DNA of 63,800 nucleotides, counting the filler, from Choristocarpus tenellus KU-1152 (Eukaryota; Protista; Phaeophyceae): the NCBI GenBank assembly GCA_964200185.2. It is 11 parts of 11 records of this genome, joined end to end, with 100 filler letters (N's around TTAATTAATTAA, not from the genome) between each part and the next. Parts side by side here need not be neighbours in the genome. Positions count along the whole stretch, not along the records: positions 1 to 4,137 come from CAXNAD020016037.1; positions 4,238 to 7,848 come from CAXNAD020018961.1; positions 7,949 to 13,732 come from CAXNAD020009764.1; positions 13,833 to 16,832 come from CAXNAD020023031.1; 7 more parts are not named here. One strand, written 5' to 3'. The position numbers were made by a program, and so were the translations under genes. Positions within the stretch are counted from its first letter, which is position 1. Each line of letters begins with the position of its first letter. The notes under the pieces were generated by a model. The model worked only from the letters and a program-made list of their open reading frames with translations. It was not told the DNA's origin and ran no database searches. This document shows positions 1 through 13,980 of the stretch, piece by piece.

Positions 1-3000
1 GGTGACAAGATAAATTTGTTGCAACACCAAGATAGCTTAACTCCTAGTAATGTAACTAAATTTCATAACGTTTACTTCTACAGTAGAGGAGTGGAGAGTT
101 GTGACTTGAAATATTGTAGAGGCATAACCCTATTAAAGCTTTCTGAGGTGGTGCCGTTGTGTGCTTTGGATTCCTTGTGGCAGTAGCAGTGTTGCATCAT
201 GGTGAGTGGGTGAGGGAAGAGGTTGCTGCAGTGTACAAGATCATTGGTGAAAGCTTTTCGAGGCAGGAGGGACTTCTACAGCATAGCTATGGTTGTGGGA
301 GGTGGGGAAGTACCTTGTACCCCTATGTGGATACTAATATCGTAAGGGGTGCTCTCTGAGAAGGAGGGAATAGATGTGCGACCTCACCTTTGTGTGTCAT
401 TGTTTTCAATTATGCAGTAGTCAATATTGAATTAGAGTGTGATTGCACTGTGTACTATCTTCCCTTAGTTCTCGCTATGTGTTCACCATCAAGGTTGTAG
501 GAATAAGAATCCCTTTCCATGTCTCTTACGAAGTTAATACCCTTTGGTGCTATGTTTTCGCATTCTTTTTTGGTCCTTAAAGTCACCCTAGCTCTCGAGA
601 TGATTGGATAGAATGCACAGGCATACACAACAACACCTTTGAAGTTGCTGAGTGCTCACTAGCTGACTATGTATATATATATTTATATTTTAAGTCAACT
701 GCACCCAATATCCCTTCCTATACTACACCTGTCACATTGTGTACTCTATTTCCCTCCAAGGGTGGCTTGTAATACTCTTGTGATACCCTACTTTATATGA
801 TTATGGACTCACTGAAACATATACTTTAATTTGAGGAGTGTTTTCCTGAAATTTCAGGAGTTTGCGAATGGGAGGAGATTTTGTGTGTGTTCAAGAAAAC
901 GATGGTTGTACTGTCATAAGCAGTCCTTCACTTTGAGGGTCATTGACTGTTGGTGTTGATATTGGTTATTTCAAATTTACTTTGTGGTGTTTGTCTCTCA
1001 TGCACCACAAACCTCTGATGTCAACACTGTGGGCGACTCATTTTGGGCAACTCTTATCACACATCTTCGTAAAACCCATTGCTCAAGGACCACTCTACTT
1101 TTCTCCACTTCCTCTCTGTCTCCAAATGATCTTTTTACCAGATGGATCGAACGGTACCTCTTGCTTGGATAACATAATTACTGTTGATGTCTGGTGAGAT
1201 CAGAAGGGTAAAACTTGTGTACACTACAGTTTCGCCATTAGACGAACTACACAAGTACGTCAAAACAGAAGACAAACAACAGGCAATGTATGCCGCCAAG
1301 TTGGTGGGGACATAAACATCTGCAACATGTAAAGATGAGACGGACCTTGGCTTAGTCACTACTGCACCTCAACGATCGTCTTCTTCCTCATAGATTATTG
1401 TAAGGGGTATTCACTGTGGAGCAAATTACAAAAAAGTCTAGTCCACTGGGCAGCCTGGTCCCACAATTATTTAACACGTCCCAGTCCATGTTCACTAGGT
1501 ATTGATTGATCCAGTCCATGTCAGCCAACCAGACTGGCTCAAATATTCTCTGACATGCCTAGACCATGTCCACTGAATATTGTCCACCTCCCAGTCAGTC
1601 TAACTGCTCCCTTGCATGTCCAGACTAAATTCATCTGTCAATTCTGTTTAGCCTTTCCACTCTAACAATAAGAATGTGTGCAACATATTGATAAGTCACC
1701 AAACAAGCGGATCGCAAATTACCTTAGCCAACCAACAATATATTTGTATTCAACCCAAGTGTAAAATAAATAAGACCTGACTGGTCATAGGTAAAATGTT
1801 CTAACATGGCTGAGTCCATGGCCATCAACCGTTTCAACATGCCCAGACCAGACCATGACCATACGGCCGACAGTGGACATGCTATCTACCCTGCCAGGTG
1901 GAAAGCCTTGTTTATTACCTCCTCCAGAATGTAGGAGAGGATCAACCCTTACTTGGCTTGACCCATGATCTAAGAACATTAATGTGAGGTCACCCCTCGT
2001 ACATACGCGTAAATACGAGAAATATCGGGTTACGCTTACACATTTGCGAATTTACACCGAAACACACGATCCACAAGGTTTCTTCTATGTGCTTTAAACT
2101 CCCAGTGTCAGCATTTTATTGCAAGTGATGTTGAATGATGAGCGATCAGCCAGATCACAGGTGTAGTCCTTTGTATGCTACCTACCAGCGTGGGGGGAAA
2201 GGGCCTCATTGTAACTAATTTAACACTACTTCATGCTTCACTGGTTGGGCATAGGAGGCAAACAGAGCGTTAATACTAATGTGGTTGTTGCCACACCACA
2301 GTTGCGTCTATAATCATCAGCACAAAACCTTCTGATTTTAGCTGATCCCAAAACGTAACAACCTCCTTCCCATGAGAAGCAGCAAGGTTGCCCCTTTTCC
2401 AGTAGTATGAGTACTGTGTTAATTTCATCAACTCCGTACTGGTTGTCTGAGGGTACAAGCTGTGGGAACTGGTTGTTACCATACACCTGAAGGTCTCTCC
2501 CAGTTGTTGACAGAAGTCACTTCAGTTGTACTCAACAAAAAGATAATGCTTCACACTCAGAGCGTTGCATGAATGACAAGGGGAACCAATGAATAAAGAA
2601 TTGTTGAATACTAAATATCCACGAACTGTATGTTGACTAACAGTTCAAACTGCTATGTCCGAGAGGGATTCAGAGCAGCTTCAAAAGTCTAGAGCATGCA
2701 GCGCATACATGTGAGCTTATATGGGGCTCAAGTCTGGTGCAGGTGGAAAGAAGGCATGTTATGACAGGAATGGAGTGATCACTGATTGATCATTTTTTTT
2801 TTTCCAACACGAGAAAAACAAAAAGCAAAACGCCTAGCAGACTCCAAACCCATACCCAACAGCCCACACTCAGCATGAAGAAGCATCCCCAAGTAGTGAT
2901 GAGGATAGCCGACCAATACCAGGAGTAAGCCTTCGTTGCAGTCCCAAAACCCGGAAAGATCAAACAATTTTTTCACAAAAAAAACTCATGGCAAACATTA

Positions 3001-3282
3001 CAGCTACTACAACAAGCCACCCCCACATCTGCACACAAGGGTTCATGATGGAACAAGCAAGTCGTTCAGGTTGGCACACAATGGAAACACCCGTGGGCAG
3101 CACGATCCTCCCTGCCTTTATATTCCTTCCGGAAAATTCAGCCCTACTAGTTCCATGAGTAGTATGTGCGCCTCACCCCTACACAATGAGTTACGCAAAA
3201 AATGAATATTTTTGAACTGTTTGAACACACACTTACTGACAATCGTTTCTTCCTTTTCCCTCACACCCTCCACCACTCTACA

Positions 3283-3389
3283 TCAGAGGTCACTACTCTC
3301 GCCCGGTATTGTTCCTTGCATGGGATCACTGACACCATCCCCTTTGCCCCAGCCCTCGTAGCCATCGCCGTAGTCGTATCCTTCTACAC
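3283..3389 (-). CDS. Possible terminal exon of an unknown gene (GVEGYDYGDGYEGWGKGDGVSDPMQGTIPGESSDL*)
   Basis: ctgcag acceptor, open frame to TGA, CpG-retaining coding-like composition. No recognisable domain and no partner exon found. Confidence 0.35.
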
Positions 3390-4080
3390 CTGCAGCGAGC
3401 GCCAAAAACATATGTGGAAACCAGTGTAGTTATCAGTGAATGACATGAGTTGTGAAACCCCCTCAAGGATAATAAAAGAACACATGAAAGACATGTGCAT
3501 GGTGCTGCTGGTACGGACATCAGTGAGGGAGCTGAACAACTGCAAACCTGTCTGGACAAAATGATCTCTGTTCCCTAAGTATAACATAGGACAAGCTGTA
3601 GGTGTTCTCTTCTACTGGGTAAACTTGGAAACAAGAGCTCAGCGGAACAATGGTTTACACAAAAATTACATGCAACACAAAAAGGCAAGGGACACTTTGA
3701 CCTGACCTTGGCTCATCTGAACAAGCGAACTTGAACTCTCTACAGGTACACCTACACTGGAGACTTGCAAAATATTCCGAAAAAGAGAAGCGGGGCATTT
3801 TGATATTGCACAAAGAGGCCCCCAACATACTAACAAAGCAAAAACAAGAAGGTACTGGCATGCCATGATACTACGTTCAACATTTCTAGTAACCGGATAT
3901 AGCCTGAATACACTACTGCATAATGCACAAAGACCTAATGAAGTCAAATTCTGCTCTTGCCTTGCCAACTCCACCAGTACTGCACTTCCAGGTTAACTTG
4001 AGATCCTCAGGTACATGCCCTTAACTATGGAGTCCCACTACCTCACTATTCAATCATGATCAATACAATCTCAACTGTAT

Positions 4081-4124
<44 letters not shown>

Positions 4125-4137
4125 ACCCACCCCCCCT

Positions 4138-4237
4138 NNNNNNNNNNNNNNNNNNNNNNNNNNNNNNNNNNNNNNNNNNNNTTAATTAATTAANNNNNNN
4201 NNNNNNNNNNNNNNNNNNNNNNNNNNNNNNNNNNNNN
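4138..4237. other. Artificial contig spacer (100 nt, N-run with TTAATTAATTAA six-frame stop)
   Basis: Identical spacers at 4138, 7849, 13733, 16833, 20104, 29187, 33327, 50261, 53925 and 57833. Short ~10-N gaps also at ~5667, 6331, 12473 and 48924. Confidence 0.97.
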
Positions 4238-4276
<39 letters not shown>

Positions 4277-5595
4277 ACGGTGTGGGGGTGATGCGAACAG
4301 CGAAACCAACGAACGAGAAGGAAGGCGTGAATTGAGGTGGTAGAACTAACTAGTGTGTGAAGTAGTTAAGAGTAGAAGAAGTGGTGCAGTGTGTAGTGAC
4401 TGACTGTGACCAAGGGGTTGGGATACTCCCCGGACTAATGTGACGCAAGAGAATAATAATAATAAAAAAAGAATATAGTTACGATAATACAGTAATAAAT
4501 GTGTGCACTGCGCAGAGATGTCTTCGATGCACATGACGGAAGGTCCAGAGGGAGATTGTGCTCTTGATTGGCGAAGGGCGAAAGGGTTGGGTGTCGTCTA
4601 ACCTTTGAGGGGGGGGGGATCCCTACTGGTGATTTTTTTTTCTAGTTTTCACTGTTTTTGTAGTGACACGTTTTTCTAGAAAGATACCGGAATATATTGT
4701 GGGTTTTTGAGGGATGCATTTCGTACCGTGCAGTGAGAGAGTCGTTATTATTTTTTTCTTCTTGCTGGTAAGAATGTTTTCAATAGGGGTTAGGGTCAGG
4801 TCTACAGAGCGTACATTTTATAGTATTTAAAAATTGATATCAAATTTTCGATTCGCCGTGACCTTAGGGTTAGGGTTAGGGTTTTAATGGTACTGCAGTA
4901 GTCAGAGTAAGTATTCCATGCATGCACCTACCTACACCACCAAATGTGCAGTTCACGCTTTTGGAGGGGGGTGAGTTTGCCGTGTATATATATAGACAGA
5001 GAGACAGAGAGAGAGGAGAGAGAGGTGTCTTTCATGAGCTGTTTTTCTCAGAGCTTTTCATCAGACCGACCTGTGATAAGGGACTAGTTATCAGACTAGT
5101 TTGTGCTCCAACCCGGTTCCAATAACTGGTGTCATGTCCAGACGAGGGCCACAGAGTATTTGAATCTCTCCAGTTCACAGGTCAGACGGCTTTTGAGTGT
5201 TTTCCAACATATCCAATTGAGGACTGTGAGAGATTGCATCAAGCCAACCAACCTGCAGCATGAGGTTGAGTAGCATCATCACGGTGGAGGAGAAAAAAAC
5301 TAGAGACTTCAAATAGTTCCTTTTTTCTTGTCAAAACACGCCTCCGAATGTGTTGGGGTCATTTTTTGGATGTGCTTTGACCTTATCAGTCTGTGTAGGG
5401 TATATATATACCTTTTTATCCTTGGCCATCGAGTACTTCCGAGTACTTTGACAAGGCCAAGTTGTTGGCTGGCTGACCTTGTACCAGATTGTTTTCCAAC
5501 AAGGCCGGTACATGGCGTTCAACCGATGTGAGCTGATGTCAACTGTTTCAACATGTCCCTGCCACAGGGTACCCCATGGTCATGGCCAGCACCAG

Positions 5596-5634
<39 letters not shown>

Positions 5635-6074
5635 ACCCTCCCACCGGCACGAGATACAGAGATGTTNNNNNNNNNNGCCGAGGTCCCCCTTTTCCACCCC
5701 TCCCCCCCCCAGGGTCCCCCCTTGTTTTTGGCCCCTTCTGTCCCCCCCCCCCCCTCCCCCACCCAGGATTACTGCCTGGGCTGATAAAAAGACATGCTTA
5801 TTGGGATTTTCTTACTCCCATCACAGTAGTAGTCTGGTTTTATGTACTGAAAGCTTTGTTTCTGCATCGTATTTCGCAAGGAATCCAAGGTTCACTGCCC
5901 ACATGCCGATTCCTACTGTAGAAGGTATTGGTATGTCCCAGAAGAAAGAAGTCAGATATCTCCCATGCATCTGTAGCGTGGACCTGAGTCAGGAACTTGA
6001 CGCTGGTTCTGAATGGTGTTAACTTAGTGTCTCCCTTCCTCCCTCCTGGCTTGTTGGTATGTTTTATTGTTCAG

Positions 6075-6234
6075 GTCGGCTGACCCTGGGGTAGAAGTTT
6101 TGAAATTGCACCACTATCTGGGTCCAGATGCAAATGCAACAGTTTTGGACGCTGTGTTAGAGGCGTTGGAGACGAACAGTAACTGCCAGGCGCTGTACAT
6201 CCAGAACTTCAATGAGGGCTTCAGGGATGAACAG
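6075..6234 (+). CDS. Internal exon of an RNI-like/LRR-type hypothetical protein
   Basis: ttgttcag| acceptor and cag|gtgaag donor. Encodes SADPGVEVLKLHHYLGPDANATVLDAVLEALETNSNCQALYIQNFNEGFRDEQ, with an LxxALxxNxxxxxLxI pattern. Confidence 0.7.
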
Positions 6235-8961
6235 GTGAAGAAGGCTTCAACAACTAGGTTTGAGGATTTGGGGGGGGGGGGGGGGGGGGGGTTTGTATTT
6301 TTTTTGGTCTTTTGGATTTTTTTTTTTTTTNNNNNNNNNGTGGTTTGGTGGCGGGGGGGGGTGGGGGCGTTGTGGTGGTGCGGTGTTCTTTGGCTTGTGG
6401 GGATTTTTTTGTGTTTCATGTATCTGGATATTTTATTTTATTTGGAAAAGTGATGGAACTGTGAGTTGTGTGTTGTGTGACTGACCGTTGGAGATACACT
6501 TATGTCCATGTATGTGTTGCAGTGGGACAGTTGAGTGAGGTGTTTCACACCTTGAGATATTTTCTCTCATTACTATAGTCAGTGGTAGAATAGTGCTTTT
6601 AGATAGTGCTTTGCTTGGAATAGGTCCTTAGGTCAAGCTCTAACAGCGATATGGTTAACCCCGATTATAGATAGTGGTGATGCGACATTGACAATAGTAT
6701 TTTATTATCATATATCAACCTACCAAAAAGACTTTCGAAAGCGATCATAATTTTTTTTTTTTACCTTCCGATTTGTTATCTTCTATGTTCTTTGTTGCAC
6801 ATGTGGAACTTACTTCACTCCGATATAACCTAGCCTCAGTAGTTATATACAATCTGTCAACAGTGAGAAGTAATGTTATCTCTCGTGGCCTCTGTACCGC
6901 ACTACTCACAAAGGTTACGTATACTTGGAGGGTGTGAAAACGTGTAACCTCAATCGAGGAACATCATAATAAGTGTATTTTTTAGTTATGGATGCACAAG
7001 TGGCTCCTATAGCTCAGTGGGAGCTTGTAATTTTTCTCCTGCTTTTATACACACCTTTTTGTACGTGAAACCAGGTTACCGTCGACTACTCTAGAGCATG
7101 TTTATACTTCCACGTTGAAAATTCCATCTCAACTTTTTTTAATTCTTCAGCGCTTCTTCCTGTCCTACGTACGTATGGTTCGGCTGGGCACACCAACCTC
7201 AAACCAACCTCAGTCTACTCCCCTCACTCACCTGCTTCATCCACCTTTTGGGAAGTCCTTGTATTTGAAGCTCTTTACCCTTTGCCCTTTGCCCTTTGCC
7301 CCATACGATGCTACTTACCTTTCTGCTGTGCGTCCATCAAATTATCATCACTGGACAACTATTTATTCCTCAGTTCACCCCAAAGACTCAGGGACAGGGA
7401 AATGGAAATATTCTTGCCTTCATCCTCAATGTGCTTTGTACCTTAGGCTATGACATACCCACCCCCTCACCTACTACATTTTTGCAATTGCTCCTCACCA
7501 AATGTAGCTGACCCTGTTACGATCCTCTCGCGTGACCTACCTCTCACACACCGTATCATATCACACTACCACCCTAACCCTAACCCATATCATGTCACGG
7601 AATAAGCGTATGGGTTAAGAGAAAAATGGTGGGAGGCAAGTGAACCTCAGGACATCCGATGAGGGATGATTAGGGTGTAGGGTGGTGCATGTCTGCCTCG
7701 AGGACTGCCTGAAAGAGTCCGTTCTCCTTCCTGGAGAAGACCGGCATTGCATAGTAATAGGATCAAAGTATCTGGGGGGGGTGGTGGTTTATGAGGGGGC
7801 GTCCGTTTCGGTCAAACAACTTTTTTTTTGCTGTCATTTCAAATCCGANNNNNNNNNNNNNNNNNNNNNNNNNNNNNNNNNNNNNNNNNNNNTTAATTAA
7901 TTAANNNNNNNNNNNNNNNNNNNNNNNNNNNNNNNNNNNNNNNNNNNNCCCCCCCACAGATACTTTGGGTCTTTGTTAGGAAGTGTCAAATATCCTTGTT
8001 TCGGACACACCTTTTCATAACATACAAATTTTACCTACTCCGAAACATATTTGGAGTAGGAAAAAGTCATAAAAATAAAAAAATGGGAAGCCAAGCCCCA
8101 AATAGACAAACAGGGCGAAACTTGTACCCTCTAAGATACTTTCACTCTGTGTGGAACAAGATTAATTTCTGGAGGATGCTGCAGATGAATATATTTAGCC
8201 CAGTCTGGACCACACATGGTGTACAGGTAGACAGAGGAGGGGCAAGTGGTGTGGCGAGAGGCGAAGGGTCTGCAATGTGATTGGTCTAGCCTTCTTGTGA
8301 AAGGAGATAACCATTTATTCGAGGTGATGACATGGAGTACAATAAAAAATGTTACCCTAACCCATCATATTGGGATAGATATGGCCCATATAGGGGAAAG
8401 AGAGAGTAAAGTTCCTTCCTGAAACTTCTGGTGCACACCCTTTGCTCTTGGAGACTTTGAGCAACTCACAGTTGACAATATCAAGTCTCTACTATTCATT
8501 CTCTGCAGGTCTCTGGATCCCTGTGTAAGTTGCACATCGACCACCAACTGTTGTTCTCTTATATTCCAGTACTGAGGCAAGCCCTTGCCCTAAGTCAAGA
8601 TGGGTCCCTAGAAACACTCCTTTTCTCTTGCCTAAGATCACAACCACTCATAGACTGGCATCTGTGTGCCTGATGAGATGATTCCTCTTGTCTTAACCCT
8701 GCTGTCCAACCTCCAAATACACAAGTACTCCTCAAATGCCTTTGCTACGTAGTACACGGTATCTCCTATCAATAGTACATCTGATCACAAAGACAAACAA
8801 GAACATCTACTCTCTTTTCCATCCAACCAATCTGTCTCTCTTACACACCAATGGAGAAGCTGTCTACAATATCTCATATAACCTCCAGGTGGTATCACTA
8901 TCACCAGTCTCCTAGACCAACAAAGGTCCCAAGCAATATTCTTGGAAGGATCACGAAAGGC

Positions 8962-11009
8962 TTAACCCCCCTTTTTCCAGAATCGAAGTACACCCTTCCC
9001 TTTTCTTTTCAGCGAGACCTCCTGCCCAATGCCTGACTGTGTTGCATCACTCGATCCTGATCTAGGTCTAGTCTCAGTTCCCAACCCTCCTGTCGTTTCC
9101 GCACAAGATCCAGACCTTGACTGCGACGGAAACCCTGTATCTGGCCCTGAACCCGACTGTGACCCCAAGTCTGTCTCCAGACCAGGTATTGACCTCGGTG
9201 ACTTTGATTTCTTTTTCCTCCTGTCTATTTTTTCAGTCATTTTCTTTGCTCCCAACGTATCTTCGGGTTCAACTTTGTTTGTCTCTGAAGTACCTGGCTT
9301 GAACTGAGACGTAGCAGTCCCGGTCCTCGCGCTTGAGCCACGATCAGTACTTCCTATTTCTGACCTGTTGTCTGCTGCTGACTGGGATTCTTCTGACAGT
9401 GTCCAGTCTGACTGCGACCCAGGCTCTGATTCTGATTCTGAATCGGATCCAGCCTTAAAAGTAGATGAGACTGAATCTGACCCCTCAGAACTTTCATTGG
9501 AGTCTAGTGATGATCCGGAGCCTGACCCTGAACTAGCAGTGGTTGCACTATCAGACTCCTCATCTTCGCTGTTGCCGTCTTCTCCTTCTTTTGACCTCTG
9601 GAGTAATATTTAATTGGGATGTCAGATGTCAATCTAGTGGTCAATCTAGTATCAACCTTGGTCAATTAGTTGAGCACAACAGTTGCTTAAATAATTGTGA
9701 TTCGTAAGAGGGTGTCTGAAAGGGATCGTTCCAGTCTACTGGATATTCCCTTATTATTCAGAACGGCGACTATGGGCCATAGGAAGTGCAGGAAAATTTC
9801 TAACCACCACAGATTGGACTTGATACCCTATAGCTACATTTTCAACCTCTCCTTAGGACGGGAAATTGGAGCAGGAACTTGTTGCCAGAGGTGGAATGAG
9901 AATCAATGTTGAACTCTAATGAGAACTACTTCACTGTAAGTGTTTCAGCATCCTATGTAAGGCAAGACAGCTTTGAAGGGCTGGCGTAAAGCTGGAAGAT
10001 GTAGCTTAGCCTTCACCTGATTTTCAGTGGTGGTAATCGTGTCCTTTTCATCCAAGCCTATGCGACTGTATGCACCAGGAGTAGCAGAAGCAGCAGATAT
10101 CACGACTCTCTTTTTATTCTTTTCCTCTGCTCTCTTCTTCCTGATATTTTCCTGGAATCATGAGATTGGTCTAAACATGAGAATAAGGGGGAGAAGCAAA
10201 ATATTTCTTCAAGCAATTTTATCCTTGAGAGGGCTGCCTCGAGTAACGAATCATTCACAACTTGGTTGCTCTGTTCGCGTTGATGGATGGGAGAAGTAAC
10301 ACAGCTATTCCTACATTTACATATGAACGCTTCTGTAGGTTGGTCCTCTATTTCACTCCAAAAAGAAGGCAATTCTGCCTTACCTAAATCTGTATAGTAC
10401 TGTACTTTGCAAGTGGAAAGATTACACACTCCCAGGGTTGTTTGGTGCATGATTTGGAAGATGGTTGGTGATGAAAAATAGAGTTTACAAAAGAGAAACA
10501 ACCTCCAGTCGTGGTTCAAATTTTCCCGAAACATAGCCCAAAATGATAAGCAAGCGTGTTGCATGTAGGTGTCAGTGCTGACTTCGAGGGATGAGAAACT
10601 GTTTGCATTGTAGACCTTGGTGAGAACTTGCGTTTGGTAATTGTGCACAGCCCACAGTGTGGTAATAGAAGAAGGTGACACTGCAGGAGCATCAGGGGCT
10701 AAGGTTTCAGACCCATGCACTGTTCATATTGTTACCAAAAGTTCTGCTGAATAAAAAATCTACAGTCCTAGTAGGAAGTGGCTCTGTACATTGGAGACCG
10801 ATTACACCACTAAGAGCAACTCCACCTTGACCAAATAAGGCTGATACCTGTTCTTGCTTGGCTCTAGTTAACCCTCAAATCCCCCAAAAACAGATAGCAC
10901 TCGAGATTGATTTACTCCAGTGTACAGAGTGAGCTATTGCAGAGGACCCCTCCTCCTACCTGTAGAGCCTGTTCTCGCATGCGTGTGATAGATGCCTCCT
11001 CAACTTGAC
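8962..11009 (-). CDS. 3' part of an unknown gene: short coiled-coil followed by a Ser/Gly/Glu-rich low-complexity tail
   Basis: Phase-compatible GT-AG exons 11009-10960 (QVEEASITRMREQALQ), 10151-10017 (ENIRKKRAEEKNKKR...TENQ) and 9597-8962 (212-codon open exon ending KKGG*). Confidence 0.6.
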
Positions 11010-11962
11010 CTGCCAAAACCTTGAGGATGCTGCAGTAGCAATGCACGGAAATTGGCTACAACATTATTGGTAGGAAATTGTGGAAGGTGTCCAGCATTAT
11101 TTCTGACATGGGATGTGATCAACAAGAGCATGTACAATAGCACTCTGATTCGATGAGTGAAAGGAATCAACCAACTACCAAACAGTTGTTGACAAATGTT
11201 CAACCCTGCAAGAAGTACAAGGTCTTTGTCAAGTCCATCCACGATGCATGTGCTTCTATCCTGGGACTGCAGACCTGTAATGCAACTAGAGACGACTCCT
11301 GGAGAGGAAATCTGTATCATGCACCAGCGTTGCCAACCCTGGCTACAAAATAACGCATTGAGTCCTCTCTTTATTGACCTGGCACAACCTTGGGGACTGG
11401 GGCTTGAGGAAGTGGAGGTGGGATGATAGGGTCACACACAACGTTTCACCACCCAAAAGGAAACGTCCCTCACTGTCTACCACACAGGAGTGACAGAGGA
11501 AGACATATGTACTCTAAATCTCACTCTCAAGTGTAGTGTCACTCACTTTAGCAACCAAGAGTCCATCGCGTAGACATTGTTGTAGGCGTACGCACACTCA
11601 GCGAAAAGATCAAGGTCTCTCTGCTGAGAGGCCCTCAACAAATCCAGGACAAAGAGGAGCTGTCTTGAGCCTCGGAATGGAAGGCTGGCCCTTGAAAATA
11701 TGGTTATCTTCTCTTCAACAAGCGACTGGGTGCCCTGATCTTTGTGGGGATAGAGGACGGGATCTAGGTAGGTTCAGTGCAGAAATTTTAGGTCTCCTTG
11801 GGCGAGATGCAAGGGGGGGAGGGCAGAAGGGGAGAGGCGAACAATTACATTGGGTGAGCTAGTTTGATGTTTTCAGGATTGTGGATTAAGTCTACCCCAG
11901 CATGAATGAGATTTTGTACACTGGGTACCACTACTATCTCGCTTTGTGTTGGAAGCTACATG

Positions 11963-12197
11963 GAATCAAAGTATACAAGAGTTACCCAGGCTTTGCGTGT
12001 TTTTGCATTATAAGTCTGTTTTTCATTCTTTTGCAGTTCTCCCATATTTCTATGGATTGGGTTCCAAGTGCGACCTGAGAGCGTTTAATTCTCTTTTTTC
12101 CAACACAAGTAACGAAATATCATACACACACATTTTGAATATGTTTTGTCAGAATCCTTAAAATGCAACTTTGGGTATCTCTTGTTTACTTTGATTC
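11963..12197. mobile_element. MITE family D (~240 bp)
   Basis: TIRs gaatcaaagtatacaagagttaccc / gggtatctcttgtttactttgattc; 3-bp TSD atg/atg. Confidence 0.8.
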
Positions 12198-12208
12198 ATG
12201 AAACTGTT

Positions 12209-12368
12209 GGCTCAAAATATCTGGAGGGGGGAAGGGAGTCTACACCGAGGTGTCCATTTGGGCCCTGCCTGACCAGGAGAAGTTCACTTACATTATCCGT
12301 CCGACGCATGCAACCAAATCACCCGAAAATTGCGACATGGAAAACTGGGGTCCAAATGGACAGACGTC

Positions 12369-12401
<33 letters not shown>

Positions 12402-12601
12402 ACCACGACCGGTACCTGCAGCAAGCCGGCCGCACTTCGTGTGGGCGGGGGCGGTTCGTGAGTCGAAAAGAANNNNNNNNNNTTTTATTATCCGCCCCCC
12501 CCCCCCAACCCCCCCCCTCCCCCCCCCCCCCCCCCCCCCTCCCGGTCCGACGGGGCCCGCCGCCCCCCCCCCCCCCCCCCCCCCCCAAGATACTTTGGGC
12601 C
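12209..12601. mobile_element. MITE family B (poly-G/C TIRs), interrupted by a small gap
   Basis: ggctcaaaatatctgg...aagatactttgggcc with flanks tgtt/tgtt. Other copies or ends at 7760-7848, 7949-7970, 13546-13732, 20245-20280, 29159-29186, 29287-29330, 33427-33482, 57933-57980 and 63762-63800. Confidence 0.75.
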
Positions 12602-12823
12602 TGTTTTAGAATTGCTGAGGTGATAGAAACATAGGGCACCTTGAAGTGTTTTACCACTATTCCAAACAAGTCAAGTTATCCAATACAATTCATTGCCAAA
12701 CACACCTGTCCTGCCAAGTGTATATGATTAATACACACAGCTTGAGTTGAAGAACTGAAAAAAGGTGAATGGGCCTTTGAGATGTTGACAGTCGGGTTCA
12801 TCACAAAGAACTTTCTTGGCAAG

Positions 12824-13140
12824 GAGTCAAAGCATCTTAGAGGGTAGAGCTGCGTCCATTTGGGGACCAAAATCCAATGTATGAATTTAACAGAAAAAGC
12901 TAATAATAGAAATTTAGATATTAATATTGCACTTGATGTTGCGATTTTGATATCATTTTGGCTATCGTGTTTGTTAGGAAGTGTCAATATCCTTGGTCCG
13001 GACACAACTTTTCATAACGTATACATTTTACCTACTCCAAATGTTTTCGAGTAGGTAAAATGCCATAAAAAACCCGTGGGAAGCCAAGCCCCAAATGGAC
13101 AAATAGGGAAAAATTCGTACCCTCTAAGATATTTTCACTC
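12824..13140. mobile_element. MITE family A
   Basis: TIRs gagtcaaagcatcttagagggta / taccctctaagatattttcactc; TSD aag/aag. Truncated copies at ~7971-8147 and 19862-20103. Confidence 0.85.
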
Positions 13141-13980
13141 AAGACCTTCCAATTGCCGCAATTCAGCGAGCAGAGATAAATTGCAGTAACTAACAAAATG
13201 GCAATAAATGACATTTCAATGATCACAACTTGTCAAGCACAGCTTCATCACGGTACCAATATGGTCTCTGTACAACATTCCCCGCCAAGAAAAGGACTGT
13301 GTGGTATTTTGCAACATCTACATCAGGTCTGTAAGTGCATACACTGACAGCATATGCTGACATTGGGCTTCAGTCTTGTTTCGAAACTGCCAAGTTGACA
13401 TGGTTGGCAGTAACACTTTTCAGAACACAATAGTCAGACAGACTATTTGTTCAACCATCTGTAAGACTTGGTCAGGATAGATTCACTTGATTTTTTTACT
13501 ACTGCCACCAATGGATACATCCGACCAACATGACCCCATCTAGAAGGCTCTAAGTATCTGGAGGGGGGTGGCGGCTGTCCATTTGGGATCAATTTTTTCT
13601 TGTCGCGATTTTGGGGTGATTTGGTTGCATAAGTCGGATGGATAATGTATTGCACGTTTCCTGGTCAGGGCCCAAATGGACACCCTGGTGTAGACCCCCC
13701 CCCCCCCCCCCCCACATTGGCCCCAAAGCGAANNNNNNNNNNNNNNNNNNNNNNNNNNNNNNNNNNNNNNNNNNNNTTAATTAATTAANNNNNNNNNNNN
13801 NNNNNNNNNNNNNNNNNNNNNNNNNNNNNNNNGGGGGGGGGGGGGTGAACTGTCCTTGGTAAAAAAAAAAAATAGTCCAGTTTAAAAGAAATAAAAGAAA
13901 CTGCACACTGGGAACTGCAAAAAATTAATTGCTTGATCTTTTGAAATAGGAAATGTCTCTTGATCTCTTCTGTTGTGCAG

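Noticed and set aside
360-820. Polypurine tract followed by TG...CA, possible 3' LTR
   Set aside because: No second LTR, TSD or recognisable pol motif.
7000-7030. tRNA-like start (ggctcctatagctcagtgg)
   Set aside because: No B-box, T-arm or acceptor stem follows.
9029-9613. Plus-strand Asp/Ser/Pro-rich ORFs
   Set aside because: Antisense shadows of the spliced minus-strand exon 8962-9597.
5479-12669. Poly-Pro/poly-Gly ORFs (e.g. 5479-6022, 12146-12669)
   Set aside because: Translations of C/G homopolymers at gaps and MITE ends.
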